DNA from: an uncultured delta proteobacterium
Lineage (GTDB): Bacteria; Myxococcota; Myxococcia; Myxococcales; Myxococcaceae
DNA: 64,000 bases
Direction of reading: 5' to 3'
Assembly: GCA_963776345.1 (NCBI GenBank)
Contig: CAVZMH010000016.1
Coordinates: 352,001-416,000, forward strand
Every line of letters begins with the position of its first letter. The first letter of the stretch is position 1. The translations under genes and the position numbers were made by a program. Under the pieces are notes generated by a model. It saw nothing but the letters and a program-made list of their open reading frames with translations. It did no database searches and was not told where the DNA came from. Of the stretch, positions 1 to 10,800 are shown piece by piece.

Positions 1-1
1 C

Positions 2-851
2 TCGGGCGCGGCGACCTCGGACCTCACCGGGAAGGCCTGCACGCCGAACACCGTCCACTGGACGTACGACACCTGGGCGCTGGCCAACGGCACCGGCAAG
101 GCCGTGGTCCAGGCCGGAGGCGATACCTGGTATCTTCCTCACCGCCGACTACGCCTTCGGCAAGGCGCTGGAGCGCGACACCCGGGCGGTGGTCGAGGCC
201 AACGGCGGCAAGGTGCTCGGCTCGGTGCTCCACCCCCTGAACACCACCGACTTCTCGTCGTTCCTCCTCCAGGCCCAGGCCTCGAAGGCGAAGATCATCG
301 GGCTGGCCAATGCCGGTGGAGACACCATCAACTCGATCAAGGCCGCCTCCGAGTTCGGCATCGTCCAGGGCGGGCAGAAGCTGGCGGGTCTCCTGGTCTT
401 CCTCAGCGACATCCACGCGCTCGGGCTGAAGACGGCCAACGGCCTGCAGCTGACCTCTGCCTTCTACTGGGACCACGATGACCTGACGCGGGCCTGGTCG
501 AAGAAGTGGGGTGCGCGGATGAACGGCCGGATGCCCACCATGGTCCAGGCCGGCGTCTACGCGGGCGTGCTCCACTACCTGAAGGCACTCAAGGCCCTGG
601 GCGCGGACGGTGACGGAAAGGCGGTGGTGGCGAAGATGAAGGCCCTTCCCACCGACGACCCGGCCTTTGGCAAGGGCACCATCCGCGCCGACGGCCGGAA
701 GCTCCACCCGGTGTACCTCTACGAGGTGAAGAAGCCGTCCGAGTCCAAGGGGCCGTGGGACTACTACAAGCTGATCAAGGAGATCCCCACCGCCCAGGCG
801 TTTCGTCCGCTCGACCAGGGCGAGTGCCCGCTGGTCGCCGCCAAGAAGTGA
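2..851 (+). CDS. Branched-chain amino acid ABC transporter substrate-binding protein (5'-partial; apparent +1 frameshift near 133)
   Basis: Frame from nt 2 reads SGAATSDLTGKACTPNTVHWTYDTWALANGTG...GGDTWY. It continues after one extra base as FLTADYAFGKALERD and joins ORF 189..851 (HPLNTTDFSSFLLQAQASKAK). Confidence 0.85.
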   Translation, partial: RARRPRTSPGRPARRTPSTGRTTPGRWPTAPARPWSRPEAIPGIFLTADYAFGKALERDTRAVVEANGGKVLGSVLHPLNTTDFSSFLLQAQASKAKIIGLANAGGDTINSIKAASEFGIVQGGQKLAGLLVFLSDIHALGLKTANGLQLTSAFYWDHDDLTRAWSKKWGARMNGRMPTMVQAGVYAGVLHYLKALKALGADGDGKAVVAKMKALPTDDPAFGKGTIRADGRKLHPVYLYEVKKPSESKGPWDYYKLIKEIPTAQAFRPLDQGECPLVAAKK

Positions 852-870
852 GGCGCGCTCCGCCCGGCCG

Positions 871-1758
871 ATGAACACCCTCTTCGGCGTTCCCATCCAG
901 GCGCTGTTCAGCCAGCTCCTGGTGGGGCTGATCAACGGCTCGTTCTACGCGCTGCTCAGCCTCGGCTTGGCGATCATCTTCGGGCTGCTCAACGTCATCA
1001 ACTTCTGCCACGGCGCCCTCTACATGCTGGGGGCGCTGGTGGCGTGGGTGATGCTCGAGCACCTCGGGGTGGGCTACTGGGCGGCGCTGATCATCTCGCC
1101 GATCGTGGTGGGGCTGTTCGGCGTGGTGATCGAGCGGACCATGCTCAAGCGGATCCAGGGGCTGGATCCGCTGTACGGCCTGCTCCTCACCTTCGGCCTC
1201 GCCCTGGTGATCCAGGGCGTCGCCCGGAACTACTTCGGGGTCTCCGGCGAGCCGTACGACATCCCGGCGCAGCTCACCGGGGGCAAGAACCTGGGGTTCA
1301 TGTTCCTCCCCAACTACCGGGCCTGGGTGGTGCTGGTGTCGGTGCTGATCTGCACGCTGACCTGGTTCGTCACCGAGCGCACGCGGATCGGGTCGTACCT
1401 CCGCGCCGCGACGGAGAACCCGGTGCTGGTCCAGGCGTTCGGGATCAACGTGCCGCGGCTGATCACCATCACCTACGGGCTGGGGGTGGCGCTCGCCGCG
1501 CTGGCCGGGGTGATGGCCGCGCCCATCTACCGGGTCAATCCGTTGATGGGCGCCGACCTGATCATCGTGGTGTTCGCGGTGGTGGTCATCGGTGGGATGG
1601 GCTCCATCCTCGGCTCCATCGTCACCGGCTTCGGGCTGGGGGTCATCGAGGGCCTGACCAAGGTCTTCTACCCGGAGGCCTCGACCACGGTGGTGTTCGT
1701 GATCATGGCCATCGTGCTCCTGGTGAAGCCCGCCGGCCTCTTCGGGAGGACGGCATGA
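871..1758 (+). CDS. livH: Branched-chain amino acid ABC permease, LivH-like
   Basis: GLINGSFYALLSLGLAIIFGLLNVINFCHG and FAVVVIGGMGSI motifs; multiple TM segments. Confidence 0.9.
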   Translation: MNTLFGVPIQALFSQLLVGLINGSFYALLSLGLAIIFGLLNVINFCHGALYMLGALVAWVMLEHLGVGYWAALIISPIVVGLFGVVIERTMLKRIQGLDPLYGLLLTFGLALVIQGVARNYFGVSGEPYDIPAQLTGGKNLGFMFLPNYRAWVVLVSVLICTLTWFVTERTRIGSYLRAATENPVLVQAFGINVPRLITITYGLGVALAALAGVMAAPIYRVNPLMGADLIIVVFAVVVIGGMGSILGSIVTGFGLGVIEGLTKVFYPEASTTVVFVIMAIVLLVKPAGLFGRTA

Positions 1759-2744
1759 CCGTTCCCGGGGTCGAGGCGGGGACCGGCGCCGAGCTGCCGG
1801 GCCGGGCGCCGACGCGCGACGAGGTGCGCTCGCTGCGCATCCCGATGGCGATCCTGGTCGGGCTGGCCGTGGCGGCGCCGTTCGTCGTCTACCCCGTCTT
1901 CCTGATGAAGATGCTGTGCTTCGCGCTCTTCGCCTGCGCGTTCAACCTCCTCATCGGGTACGTGGGGCTGCTCTCGTTCGGGCACGCGTTGTTCTTCGGC
2001 GCGGCGGGCTACCTCGCGGCCCACGCGGCCAAGGTGTGGGGACTTCCCTTCGAGCTGGCGGTGCTCACCGGGACGGCGACCGGGGCGCTGCTCGGGCTCG
2101 TCGTCGGGTGGCTCGCCATCCGGCGCCAGGGGATCTACTTCGCGATGATCACCCTGGCCCTGGCGCAGATGTTCTACTTCTTCTGCCTCCGGGCGCCGTT
2201 CACCGGCGGCGAGGACGGCATCCAGGCGGTGCCGCGCGGCAAGCTGCTCGGCGTCCTCTCGCTGGACGACAACCTGAGGATGTACTTCGTCGTCCTGGCG
2301 ATCTTTCTCTTCGGCTTCTTCTTCGTCTTCCGGGTCGTCCACTCGCCGTTCGGGCAGGTGCTGAAGGCGGTGCGCGAGAACGAGGCCCGCGCGGTGTCGC
2401 TCGGCTACAAGTCCGACCAGTACAAGCTCATCGCCTTCGTGCTCTCGGCGGCGCTCTCCGGGCTCGCGGGCGGCACCAAATCCATCGTTTTCCAGCTGGC
2501 CTCGCTCACCGACGTGCACTGGAGCACCTCGGGCGAGGTGATCCTCATGGTGCTGCTCGGAGGGCTGGGGACCGTCTTCGGGCCCATCGTCGGAGCGGTG
2601 GTGATCGTCTGTGTGGAGAGCTACCTCGCCCAGCTCGGCGGGTGGGTGACGGTGGTCCAGGGCGCGCTGTTCGTGGTGTGCGTGCTCGCCTTCCGCCGGG
2701 GCATCATCGGCGAGCTGTCGCGCGTGCTGCGCCGTCCGCTCTGA
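1755..2744 (+). CDS. livM: Branched-chain amino acid ABC permease, LivM-like
   Basis: ATG at 1755 overlaps the livH stop (ATGA). NLLIGYVGLLSFGHA, GIYFAMITLA, TGGEDG and SPFGQVLKAVRENE motifs. Confidence 0.9.
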   Translation: MTVPGVEAGTGAELPGRAPTRDEVRSLRIPMAILVGLAVAAPFVVYPVFLMKMLCFALFACAFNLLIGYVGLLSFGHALFFGAAGYLAAHAAKVWGLPFELAVLTGTATGALLGLVVGWLAIRRQGIYFAMITLALAQMFYFFCLRAPFTGGEDGIQAVPRGKLLGVLSLDDNLRMYFVVLAIFLFGFFFVFRVVHSPFGQVLKAVRENEARAVSLGYKSDQYKLIAFVLSAALSGLAGGTKSIVFQLASLTDVHWSTSGEVILMVLLGGLGTVFGPIVGAVVIVCVESYLAQLGGWVTVVQGALFVVCVLAFRRGIIGELSRVLRRPL

Positions 2745-2881
2745 CGGGTCCAGCGGTGCTCGCGGGCCCCGCACTCCTCGCTCGCCCAGACGAGCCCGAC
2801 CCACGCCGCGTGCGCGTTGTTGCCCCCGCTGCGACGCACCGCGGACTGCGAGGTCACAACACGGCGTTGCGGCTGCGCTGC

Positions 2882-2914
2882 TTCCAGGCACTTGAACCCG
2901 GCATCGACGCTGCA
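2882..2914 (+). promoter_or_regulatory. Putative sigma54 (-24/-12) promoter with an upstream conserved box, copy 1
   Basis: cGGcatcgacgctGCa has GG at 2900-2901 and GC at 2912-2913 with a 10-nt spacer. It is preceded by TTCCAGGCACTTG (2882-2894), and the same layout recurs at 3499-3531. Confidence 0.55.
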
Positions 2915-2972
2915 GTCCCTCGCGGCAACGGCGACCGGAATGAATCGGTGCCGGACGGAGGAACAGCGCGAC

Positions 2973-3203
2973 ATGAGTACCGAGAGCAATGGCCGGACGT
3001 GGGTGCGGAACGTGGCGGCAGGTTTCCTGTTCGTGACCGGGCTCGTCACCCTGGCGGTGGCGGGGAATCATCCTTCGCCGAGGGCGGCGGCCCACGCTGC
3101 CACCCAGTGGGTGCCCTCGTCGATGCACGTGGCGGAAGCGGGCGTGGACGTCGGGCCGGGGTCGGACGAGGCGCTTCTGGTGAGCTCGCCGGAAGCCCGC
3201 TAG
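2973..3203 (+). CDS. Small hypothetical membrane-anchored or secreted protein (76 aa), paralog A
   Basis: GGAGG RBS; N-terminal hydrophobic stretch VRNVAAGFLFVTGLVTLAVA; C-terminal HVAEAGVDVGPGSDEALL motif shared with 3589..3840. Confidence 0.75.
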   Translation: MSTESNGRTWVRNVAAGFLFVTGLVTLAVAGNHPSPRAAAHAATQWVPSSMHVAEAGVDVGPGSDEALLVSSPEAR

Positions 3204-3498
3204 CCCAGATCTGAAGAGCATCGAGCGGGGGACCCGACGGAACAGCCGCCGGGCCCCCCGCAGATGCGATGGCCCTGCGCCGGTGGGGTGAGAAGCCCTC
3301 CCGCGGGGACTCGCCGCGCTCTTTCCGCGCTGGCAGACGCTCGGCACGGAGCGCGCCCGCGTCCCCAGAGCGCACCGGCTCTCCGACCTCTCCTCACTGC
3401 TGACCAGCTCCCCCCTCCTTTGGTCCGGTGCAGCCCACGCCACAGCGCGCGCGCGCTGTAGACGCCGAGGTCACCGAACTCTGTTGAAAGAAGAGTGA

Positions 3499-3531
3499 TT
3501 CCAGGCACTTGGACCAGGCACCAGAGCTGCA
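3499..3531 (+). promoter_or_regulatory. Putative sigma54 (-24/-12) promoter with an upstream conserved box, copy 2
   Basis: aGGcaccagagctGCa has GG at 3517-3518 and GC at 3529-3530, preceded by an identical TTCCAGGCACTTG (3499-3511). Confidence 0.55.
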
Positions 3532-3588
3532 ATCTCCTTCGGGCGTCGGCGGCCGGAAGGAACCGGCGCCCCCTGGAGGAGCAAAACC

Positions 3589-3840
3589 ATGATGACCGAG
3601 TTCGAGAAGACCGAGGGCAGCAACTGGATGCGGGTGCGGAGTGTGGCGGCTGGTTTCCTCTGCGTGATGGGCCTCCCCGTCGCTCTCGCCCTCGCGGATG
3701 TCCGGCCTCCGGCGACCGCCGCGGCCCCCGCGTCGATCACCGAGTCCGCTCCCGAGTCGATCCACGTGGCCCAGGCGGGGTCGGACGTCGGGCCGGGCTC
3801 GGATGAGGCCCTCCTGGCGATGTCGCCGGTCAGCCGCTAG
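3589..3840 (+). CDS. Small hypothetical membrane-anchored or secreted protein (83 aa), paralog B
   Basis: GGAGGAG RBS; hydrophobic stretch VRSVAAGFLCVMGLPVALALA; HVAQAGSDVGPGSDEALL motif. Confidence 0.75.
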   Translation: MMTEFEKTEGSNWMRVRSVAAGFLCVMGLPVALALADVRPPATAAAPASITESAPESIHVAQAGSDVGPGSDEALLAMSPVSR

Positions 3841-4033
3841 GCGGAAGACTTCGGGGGGTTGAAAGGCGGGGCCGGGGACGTGCACGACGCGTCCCCGGCC
3901 CTGTTATCGTGCGGGGCCTTCTGGGCGACGCAGGGACGCAAGGGTTGCGTCGGGCTCGCGCTGAAGTGTCCGGAATCAGGGTCGATCTGGATGGGAACGC
4001 CCGATGCTTGCCTCAAGGCGTGGAGGGGTACCC

Positions 4034-5460
4034 ATGCCACGATCGATCTCCCGGGCCGTTGCCGCCCTGTGCCTCGGACTCCTCGCGTGCGGAGGGGGCG
4101 GCAACGAGGGCCCCAAGACCGTCGTCCTCACCGGCACCGTCGCCGGAACCACGGTCGTCGCCTATGACGAGACGGGGGCCCGGACCTCCGCGGTGGCCAC
4201 CGGCAGCACGGTCCCGAAGAGCTTCTCGCTCACCCTCGCCACGGGCCACACCTACGCCGTCTACCTGGTGGAAAACGAGGGGACGGCGAGCCAGCGCGTC
4301 TATCCGCTCTACGCCGACGCCTCCCCGACCGCCGCCAACCTCCTGAAGCTCAGCGAGCCGGGGACCATCGACCTCGGCTTCGTCGACACCAGCTCGGGGA
4401 ACGCCGTTCCGTCGAAGAACCCGGTGTACGCCAACGGGGTCTCGGGGACCCGGAGCTCCACCACCATTCCGGCCGACCTGGCCGCGACGAGCACCGTCTT
4501 CGGGCCGGCAGACCTCGTGGGCCGGTGGGCCCTGCACGCGATCATGGTCACGCCGTCGACGGTGGAGTGGGTCCGCGCGACGCTCGACGTGGGGACGGAC
4601 AGCTTCGCCTCCTTCGCTGCAGTGGAGGCGAGCATCCCGATCTCTACCCCGCCCGCGGTGCTCCTCACCTTGACGCCCGGTGGCGTGCTCCAGATGGCGG
4701 ACAGCGACTTCCGGGGAGCGATGGCAGGCAGCAAGAACCTCGTGGTCTGGACCGCGACCTTCGAGACCCTGGGCCAGGCGATGGGGATCCTGGTCAGGCA
4801 ATCCAGTGGACGCACCGGGAGCGAGCTGGTCGGCACCTTCAACTTCCACCGCTTCAAGGGCATCGGCAGCTCCGAGAGCCCGACCGGGCGCGGGAGCTGG
4901 GCCCGGGGCAAGCTCACCATCGATCGCAGGGCTCGCAGTCTCGGTGGTGACGGGAACGTTCCAGAGCAGCGACCCGGCGCATGACACCTCCGACGGGCTG
5001 AGCGGGGTCGCCTCCGTGGCCAGCGATGGAACGGTCAGCCTGTCCGGCAACCCGTCCTTCCGGGGAACGCTCTCTTCCGACGGCAACACGCTCGTGGCAA
5101 CGGCGACCGACGGCGGGGAGCGCGCGCTGCTGGTCCTCCAGCGCGCCTCCTCCGGCTTCACGACCGGCACGCTCGATGGCACCTGGAGCCTCCGGGAGCT
5201 CGAGTACCAGCCCGACTCCATCGCTCAGTGGAGCCACGGCAAGGCGAGCATCGCCTCCGGCGTCGCCACGCTGATCGAGCTCGCGCCCGACTCGGGGAGC
5301 AGCGATCCGGTCCCGGTGGCGGTCAGCGCCGACGGAGTCGTCACCCTCACCGGAGACACGACCTTCCAGGGGACGCTCTCGCCCGGGCGGGCGCCTGCTG
5401 GTGGGCACCACCAGCGTGGACTCGGGCGCGACGACGCAGATGGTGGTGCTGGTCAAGTAG
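4034..5460 (+). CDS. Hypothetical lipoprotein with three tandem beta-rich repeats (~474 aa; apparent frameshifts near 4925 and 5390)
   Basis: GGAGG RBS and lipobox LLAC followed by GGGG. Reading continues through ORF 4680..5531 and a third frame ending VVLVK-TAG at 5460. Confidence 0.65.
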
Positions 5461-5536
5461 GGGCGAGCACCTCCCGGGCGCAGGGCTGCTCGACGGCGGC
5501 TTCGCCCCCGTCTCCATCGGCCCAGAAGTGAGCTGA

Positions 5537-7894
5537 TCAGTTGCTGCGAGGAAACGACGCTCGGTCGCCTCCGCGGACCCGGATCTCGACGGTGCTCAAC
5601 GGGCTGGAGGCGGGGCGGAGGCCCGACGGGCCACAACTCGAGGCGATGGACTCCAGGGGCCAGCGCGAGCCGGGTGCGTCGGAGCGGGTCGAGCGGAGCC
5701 ACAGTTCCGTCCACCCGGAGCTGGCCTGCGCCCCGGACGCGAACCGGGATGGTCTGTGAGCTCGCCGGGATGCCCGCCTCGACCAGGAACTCGTCCCCGT
5801 CGCGCGGGGTGATGAAGCCCGGCGGCTCGGTTGCGCCACCGCCCTCCCCCGCGGCGACCTCGAGCCGCTCGCGCTCCGCCCAGCCGGTGTAGCGCGCGTC
5901 CAGCGCGAGGACCCGCCGGCCCTCCGCCAGGCGGTGCATCGTGCAGGGCTCGGCCGGCGCCGTGCCCGGCAGGAACACCTCGTCGTGCGAGCCCGGGCAG
6001 GCCTCGCTGGCGCGGTGACCGGACAGCGGGCAGATGCGGACCCGCTGGAATCGCTCCCGGTCCACCAGCGGCGCCGGACGGACACCGGCCATCGCCCGGC
6101 GCATTACCCGTCCGAAGAGCGGCCCCGCCCCGGTGATGCCGGAGACCCGCTGCATGGGCCGGCCGTCGAAGTTCCCCACCCAGACCGCCACCGTTCGTTC
6201 GCGGGTGAAGCCCACGGTCCAGTTGTCCACGTAGGCACGGCTGGTGCCGGTCTTCGCCGCCACCGGGAACGGGAGCCGCAGCGCGTTGTCCAGGCCGAAC
6301 GCCGGTGCCCGGGCAGTCTCGTCCGAAAGCAGGTCGGTCAGCAGCGCAACCGCATCCGCCGGGAGAAAGCGCCGAGCGGCCAGCTCGGGCCGACCGGCGA
6401 CCGGGTCCCCGAGGCGGTCGGTCGCGGAGCGCACGAGGCGCAGCGGCTCGACGACTCCCCCCCGCGCGAGGCCCCGGTAGGCCCGGGCGAGCTCCCACAG
6501 CGACACGTCGCCGTTCCCGAGCACCAGCCCCGCCCCGTAGTGCTCGGCGCTCGCCTCGAGCGAGGTGAAGCCCGCCTGCCGGAGCACCTCGAGCACCCGC
6601 TCGGGCCCGAGCGAGTCGGTGAGCTCGACGGCCGGCACGTTGTAGCTGTTGGCCAGCGCGGCCCGGAGACGCACCGGTCCGTGCTGCCGGCGGTCGTAGT
6701 TGCGCGGGAGCCAGGCGCCGCCCGCCGTGCCCACCTCGAGGTCCACGTCGCTGAGCACCGAGGCCGGGGTCCACCCGCTGGCCAGCGCCAGCCCGTAGGC
6801 GAAGGGCTTCAGGGCGCTCCCCGGCTGCCGGCGGGCACGCACCCCGTCGTTCTGGCCCTCGCCGGCGACGTCGAGGAAGTCCGCCGAGCCCACGTAGGCG
6901 AGCACGTCGCCCGAGGCGTTGTCGATGACGAGCACCGCGGCCTGGCCGAGGCGCGGATCCGCCGCCAGCTCGGAGCGGACGGAGCGCTCGACGTCCCGCT
7001 GCAGCGCGGGGTCGAGCGTGGTGCGCACCTCCACCGCGCGGTCGAGCCCGAGCGTTTCCAGCTTCCCGGCGAGGTCGGTGACGAGATGGGGCGCTCCGAA
7101 CGGCCGGGTCGGCGGGACGAGGTCCAGGTCCGCGCTGGCCGCGACCCGCTCCAGCTCGGCGTCGAGGCGGCCCGCGCGACGCATGCGTCCGAGCACCTCG
7201 CGCATCGCCGCCTGCACCCGCCTCGGGATCTCGCCAGGCGTCGACCCGGGCCGGAGAGCGGGCGATGGCCGCGAGCAGCGCCGCCTGCCCGACGGAGAGC
7301 GTGGACGCTGGACGACCGAAGTAGGCCTGCGAGGCGGCCTCCACCCCCACCAGGTCGTGCCCGAGCGCCACTCGGTCCAGGTAGGCGCGGAGGATCTCCT
7401 CCCGCGACAGGTGCGCCGAGAGCCTCAGGGCCCAGAGCGCCTCCTGCCCCTTTCCGGCGAGGCTCCGGCGGCGCGGGAACGAGGAGCCGCGCGAGCTGCT
7501 GGGTGAGCGTCGAGGCGCCGCTGACCACCCGGCCCGCGCGCAGGTTGCTCGCGCGCGCGCGCGCCATCGCCAGCGGGTCCACGCCGGGGTGCCACTCGTA
7601 CCGCCGGTCCTCCGAGGCGATGAAGGCGTCGCGCAGGACCGGCGGCACGGGCGCTGCCTCGGCAGCGACACGCTCCGTGACGCCTGGCGCGAAGGGAATC
7701 TCGCGGAGGAGGTCGCCCTCGCGGTCCAGCACCCGGACGCTGAGCGCTCCCGTCGGGTCAAGCAGACCGGTGGGCAGCGGCCAGGCGACGAAGACGAGCA
7801 GCGCGAGGACGAGGATCCCCGCGAGGACGACCAGAGCCCGACCGAGGAGCGGAAGCGTCCCGCCGCGCCGCCGGCTTGGCCCGGCCCCGGTCAT
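5537..7894 (-). CDS. pbpC: Penicillin-binding protein 1C (apparent +1 frameshifts near 7476, 7219 and ~5620)
   Basis: Transglycosylase motifs EDRRYEWHPGVD and GASTLTQQLAR; transpeptidase motifs GSALKPF, SYN and KTGTS; start overlaps the alpha-2-macroglobulin stop. Confidence 0.85.
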
Positions 7895-10800
7895 CGGGCC
7901 GCGACGCTCCCCTCGTCGAGCACCTGGAAGTTGCTCCCGTCCGACCGGCCGAACACCTCGGGGGCGTACATCGCCTCGGCGCGCGCCGGGACGAGCAGGT
8001 AGTCGCCGGGCGTCGTCGCCCGGGCCACCACCGAGACCGTGTGCACCCCCGGCGGCAGCTCGCTGGAGAAGAACAGCGCCCGGTCGTCGCGCAGCTCGGT
8101 GTGGTTGAAGGGGTTCCAGAAGCCGAGCACCCACGGCGGCACGCCCGCCTCGCGCGCGCCCTCCATCTCGTCGGTCTCGGTGTCGGCCGAGGGCTCTCCC
8201 CGCGACAGCCGCGCCGTCGTGGCCAGGGTGGTGTCCACCGCCTCCAGACCGGCCGGGAGCGGGATCTCCAGCGCCACGTTGGTGCGGGCCGCCGGTGTCC
8301 CCACCCGGACCTTGATCCGCACCAGCTCGCCCGCCTTCACCGACTTGAGCTGCCCGCCGCCCGAGTACGGCTCGATCCACCGCTGCACCACGAGCCCGCG
8401 CTCCAGCGCGCTCCGCGGCATCTCCGCCGGCGCGTACCGCAGCACCGCGGTGTACGAGAGCAGGCCGGTCTTCCCGCTCCGCAGGAACTCGAAGGCCGCC
8501 GACTTCCCGAGCTGCGGGAGCTGCGCCATGGGGAGCACCGTCCGACGCACCTCCATGCTCCGGCCGCGGAACTCGGCGTCCGCGACCTGCTTGCCGCCGA
8601 CGAGCACCTTGCCCACGAAGTCCGGCGCGTCCTTCTCGCGGGTCCGCACGACCTCGGTCAGGGCCATCAGCGCGAACGCCGACTCCTGGGTCGTCTTGTA
8701 GCGCCCGTCCGGCCCGCGGGCCTGCACCAGGTAGCGGGCCATCTTCCCGACGTACGGGTGGTCGGGCGTGACGTCCACCAGGGTCTGGAGCGCGATGGCG
8801 GTGGTGCGGAGGTCGCTCGACCAGTCCGACTGGTAGGTGACCGTGCTCATCTCCTCGAGGTGGAGCGCGCCCGAGGTCTCCTTCGCCCGGTCCATCAGCT
8901 CGGTGGTCAGCGCCTTGGCGGCCGCGCGATCCCCTCCGCCGATCCACAGCGCGTCGGCCAGCATCGCCTTGCCGTAGAAGGGGAGCTCGGAGCGGCGGGC
9001 GAAGAGGGCCGAGGCGCTCGAGGCCTGCGGCGCGCGGGTCCGGGCCAGCGCGTAGACCGCGAAGGCCCGCGTGCCCGGGTCCACCTCGCGCGACCACCAC
9101 GAACAGGTCTGGACGTTGCCCGCGGCGACCTTGGCCAGGAACTGCTGCCCCTTCCGGAGCGCGTCCCGGTCCACCGGGTAGCCCACCTCGGCCGCCCGCC
9201 CCAGCGCCAGGACGGCGTAGGCCGAGCCGTGCGGCGAGCTGCAGCTGTCCGAGCTCCAGTACCCGTAGCCGCCGTCGTACCGCTGCAGCGCCTCGATGGC
9301 CTTCACCGTCTTGCTCGCCACCTCGTCCGGGTCGGTCGTCCCCCAGCGGGCGATGGCGTCCTCCCCCACCCAGCCGCGGGCGCTCTCCGGCCGCCACGGC
9401 AGCTTGAAGACCCCGTGCAGCTCGCGGAGGGCGACGAAGGGCACGAGCCGCGAGGACAGCTGCTCGAGGCATCCGTACGGGTAGTCCACCAGCTGCCGCA
9501 TCGCCTCGCCGTACCCACCGAGCACGGTGGAGGCCATCGTCACCTCCAGGCCGCCGACGTCGGGACGGACCCCGGACGGAGTGGAGAGCTGCTCGCGCGC
9601 CGCGTCCTTCGTCTCCCCGGCGAGGGCCACCGCCTCCATCTGGGTCGGGACCTTCACCGGGAGCCGCTGCTCCACCGCGTCCTGCTCGCCGCCGCCGGTC
9701 ACCGCGAAGCGCAGCACCGCCTCGCCCGGGCCCTCGGCGACGTAGCGGAACCGCACCTCGCGGGGCTTGCCCTCGGGCAGCTGGAGCGTGCGCCTGGTCT
9801 CGCCCTGGAGCTTCAGCGGCCCGGTGGCGCTGGCGGTGACCTCGACCTCCTTGATCTTCCCGGAGGGCGCGTGAACCACCACCCCGGCCTCCACCGTGTC
9901 TCCCACCCGCGCCAGCCGCGGGAGCGCCGGCATCGCCAGGAGCGGCTTCGCCACCTGGATGCTCGCCCCGCCCTTCCCGCCCCGGTCCCCCCTGTCGAGG
10001 GCCAGGGCCATGATCTTGTAGGTGGTCAGGTTGTCGGGGAGCGTGAACTCGACCTCGGCGCGCCCGTCCGCCCCGGTGACCACCGCCGGGGCGAAGAGCA
10101 CCGTGGTCTTGAACCGCGAGCGGATGCCGCCTCCACCCTCGGCGCCGCCGCCTCCTCCGGTGGTCATCCCCTTGTCGGCGTAGGCCGTGCGCCGGACGAG
10201 GTGGATCAGCGGCTCGCCGATGCGCACCGACAGGCCACGCTCGGGCTGGAGCGCGTCCAGCGGATCCGGCGGCTCGTAGGCCGTGAGCCGGAGCACGCCC
10301 TCGTCCACCGCCCACACCGCGACCTCCGCCGGGACCGGTGCGCCCTTCCAGTCCGTCGTCCGGAGCGCGACCTTCACCTTCTCCCGCGGCCGGTACTGGG
10401 TGCGCTCGGGCGTCACCTCCAGCGCCAGGCGCTTGCTCTTCCGCTCCACCTTGAGCTTGGCGTAGCCGACCCTCACTTGCGGCCGCCCGGGGTCCTCGCC
10501 GGCGTCGGGGCCGTCGGCCTGGGGCACCCGCCCGCGGACCAGCACCACCCCCACGTAGACGTCCGGGATGCCCGCCTCCGCCGAGCGGAACCTCGAGCGT
10601 GGTGGCGGCGCCCTTGAGCTTCACGTGCCGCGCCGAGCTGACCCCCTCGCGCTCCACGGTGAGCACCGCCTCGGCCGACGGGAACGGGCTCTTCACCAGG
10701 ACCTTCGCCGTCTCGCCCACGTCGTAGACCGCCTTGTCGGTGACGAGGTCGATCCGGTCGGAGTCGTTGCGCTGCCAGGACACCCACCCCTCGCCCACGA

